From Folioceros fuciformis (lineage: Eukaryota), in contig JBNGIO010005723.1 of assembly GCA_049999805.1 (NCBI GenBank), forward strand, positions 58,377 to 78,376: DNA of 20,000 bases. Direction: 5' to 3'. Of this stretch, positions 17,507-20,000 are shown one piece after another (the stretch's first letter is position 1; every line of letters starts with the position of its first letter). Made by a program: the position numbers and the translations under genes. The notes under the pieces were generated by a model that worked only from the letters and a program-made list of their open reading frames with translations, ran no database searches and was not told the DNA's origin.

Positions 17507-19475
17507 ATGTACGTGGCAGCAAAGGTTGTAACAATGGAGGCAGCGTGGATGATTGTGATGGGACTTCTTGTCATTCTGTGTTGTCTTGTATTGTTGGTGC
17601 AGCTGGGTTCCAAGTTGAGGCTGCCTCCAGGGCCTCCACCAAAGTTTTGTTTTGGGCACCTTTCGATCTTTGCCTCCCCGTACAAACATGTATTGTTGGC
17701 GGACCTGAGCAAGACGTATGGCCCGCTCATGTTTTTCAAGCTGGGATCCACCCCTGCCATCGTGGTGTCCTCGCCTGATGTCGCCGAGCAATTATTCAAG
17801 TTCCACGATCAGGTGTTTGCAAGTCGCTTCCAGACAACCGCCGTGAAGTCGCTGCTCTGCAACCCTGAGTCGTTCACATGGGCACCGTATGGAGCGCGAT
17901 GGAGGTTTCTGAGGTACCTGTGGCGGTGCAAGCTTTCGTGAATGATCAGGGATGGAGTGTGTCCTTCATGCTCATGCTGAGCATCTTGTGAATATCGGGG
18001 CGTGCAGGAGGATAGTTACTTCGGAGCTGTTGAGCCCGAGGCGGTTGCAGAAGTACGTGTCTGGGCGAGAAGAGGAAATCTCTGCCCTTGTGAAGGCCGT
18101 TTGGAATAATGCAACGAAGGAGGGTGCAGGATCCATCAATATGCGACCTTTGCTCAAATCACTTACCACGAATAACATGACGAGGATGTGTATGGGCCGA
18201 CGATTCTTGACCTATGATACTGTTGCTGATGCCGCTGTCGTCGACATGGCCGACGAGGAACAGGTGATTGTGGATGGATTTGGAAGAACGAGGTGGTTGT
18301 GACGTATGGTCAAGGGTTGATTTGATTGAAGCCGATGAACAGAGTGTGACCTTGCTCTTCCTGCGTCTGCAGGACGAGACTCATCAGTTCAAGCAAGCCT
18401 CGGAGCGTTTGTTTCAGCTGTTAGGAGTCCAGTTTATGGGAGACTTTATCCCCTACCTCGGATTTTTGGACAAAAACAGTGTGAAAGAGGAGATGAAGAG
18501 AGTGGTTGTGACAATGCACAACTTTGTTGGCAGGATTCTTCAGTTGCATCGTGGCAGTAAATTGCATGATGAAGTGTCCTCACCTGACTTCATCGATCTG
18601 CTGATGAGTATGCCCGAGGGAGCAGGTCCAGACCAGCGGATAGGTGATGCCACCGTCAAGACCCTGACCATGGTAAGTGTAAGTGCATTTGGGCGCGCTC
18701 GAGTATGCTTCAATTCTGTCATGTCGTCTGACCTATGAATGGAGAGCTTGTCAGGCCATGTTGGCTGCTGGATCGGACACCACTGCTGTTGCATCAGATT
18801 GGGCTCTTTTCGAGCTACTCCGCCATCCCCATGCTGCTAGGAGGGTGCAGGAGGAAATAGATTCCGTTGTAGGGAAGGAGCGAAAGGTACAGGAATCAGA
18901 CCTGCCTAACTTGCCTTACGTACAAGCTGTCGTGAAGGAGACGTTGAGACTGCATCCTCCAGCGCCACTGCTTGTACCTCACAGATCCACTGGACCATCC
19001 AAGCTCATGGGCTATGACATCCCTGCCAAAACAGTGACGTTTGTGAATGCCTGGGCTATTGGGCGTGATCCTGCTGTGTGGAAGAACGCTCACGTGTTCT
19101 CGCCTGAGAGATTCCTGGACAGGTGAGACACCCACGCAGCTAAGGCTTGCTTCTGCGGTTCCTAGGAGCATGCCGGCTGGCTCTGTTGACCATATTGATA
19201 ACGTGGCAAATGACAGTGAGATTGAAGTGAGGGGCCAGCACTACCAGTTGTTGCCATTTGGTGCGGGGAGGCGAGGTTGCCCTGGCATATCCCTGGCACT
19301 CATCGTGGTGCAGTTGCTAATAGCTAGGCTGTGCCACAGTTTCAACTGGTCTCTTCAACCAGGATTAAGGCCTGAAGATTTGGATGCAACCGAGGCACCA
19401 GGCGGTCTCTTCTGTTCCAAGCAGGTGGAGATGGAAGTTTTTGCAATTCCTCGTTTACCGCGTTCTTTGTATTGA
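17507..19475 (+). CDS. Cytochrome P450, CYP71 clan (A-type), 5 exons
   Basis: GT-AG exons 17507-17913, 18008-18263, 18373-18672, 18755-19122 and 19217-19475 join to 529 aa (alternative ATG 17534). Motifs: N-terminal anchor + LPPGP, APYGARWRFLRR, I-helix AAGSDTT, K-helix ETLR, PERF, and heme motif PFGAGRRGCPG. Confidence 0.95.
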
Positions 19476-20000
19476 CAATGTGGTAATGCGCTCGGGAGAG
19501 TAGGAAGGAGAGAAAGTACTGCATGCTGTGTTATATGCTATGATTGTAGAGGAGCTTCGTTCCGAACATTGGATTGGTTAGGCTATTCCAGTGGAATAAA
19601 AGAATAGGCTCCATGGATTGGACGGTAGGCTTAAATCAAGTTTTGGACAGTAATTGAACTTGTTGTTAAGTCAATGGTAAACGTTCTTGTTATACATTTA
19701 AACCAATACAAATCTAAGTAGGAGGTTTAGTTCAATTTTATCCATATTATAGTTCAGATTAAATCAAAATGGATTAAATTATTCTAGTCAAAACATACAG
19801 GCGTTTAGAAATTTAAATAAAAATATTGTATGGTAAAGCTCAAAAATTTAAATAAAATTAAATATCTCATGAATTGAATAACCGGAATTGAACTATCTCA
19901 TAGATCATGAATTGAACAATTAATTCAAAGACGACCTTGTGTAGAAGGGCCAACGATTTCAAGAGAGGAATATTACTCTAAGATAGATATTACTAGCACT

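Noticed and set aside
10712-19475. Sulfurtransferase + rubredoxin + P450 as a biosynthetic or redox gene cluster
   Set aside because: RBD1 is a thylakoid photosystem II assembly factor, STR1-type enzymes are organellar housekeeping proteins, and the P450 is ER-anchored. Adjacency is expected in a compact genome.

Overview
Gene-dense nuclear DNA from a land plant. Short introns (about 70-170 nt) and PLS-class PPR genes with a 'WW' PG-box point to a seed-free plant, most plausibly a hornwort (inference). Eight well-supported genes, in order: PLS-PPR #1 (-, runs off the left edge, missing from the ORF track), a GCIP/CCNDBP1-like gene (+), a giant 36-motif PLS-PPR #2 (-), SGF29 (+), a two-domain sulfurtransferase (+, interrupted by a 100-N gap), plastid rubredoxin RBD1 (-), PLS-PPR #3 (+) and a CYP71-clan P450 (+). 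A possible orphan membrane protein ORF (-) lies between SGF29 and the sulfurtransferase. The three intronless PPR genes belong to one subfamily. They share a fixed N-terminal cap followed by a variable number of lengthened 104-aa PLS cassettes. The two complete genes end in E1-E2-'PGQSWW' with no deaminase domain. Each PPR gene sits head-to-head with a conserved intron-containing gene.
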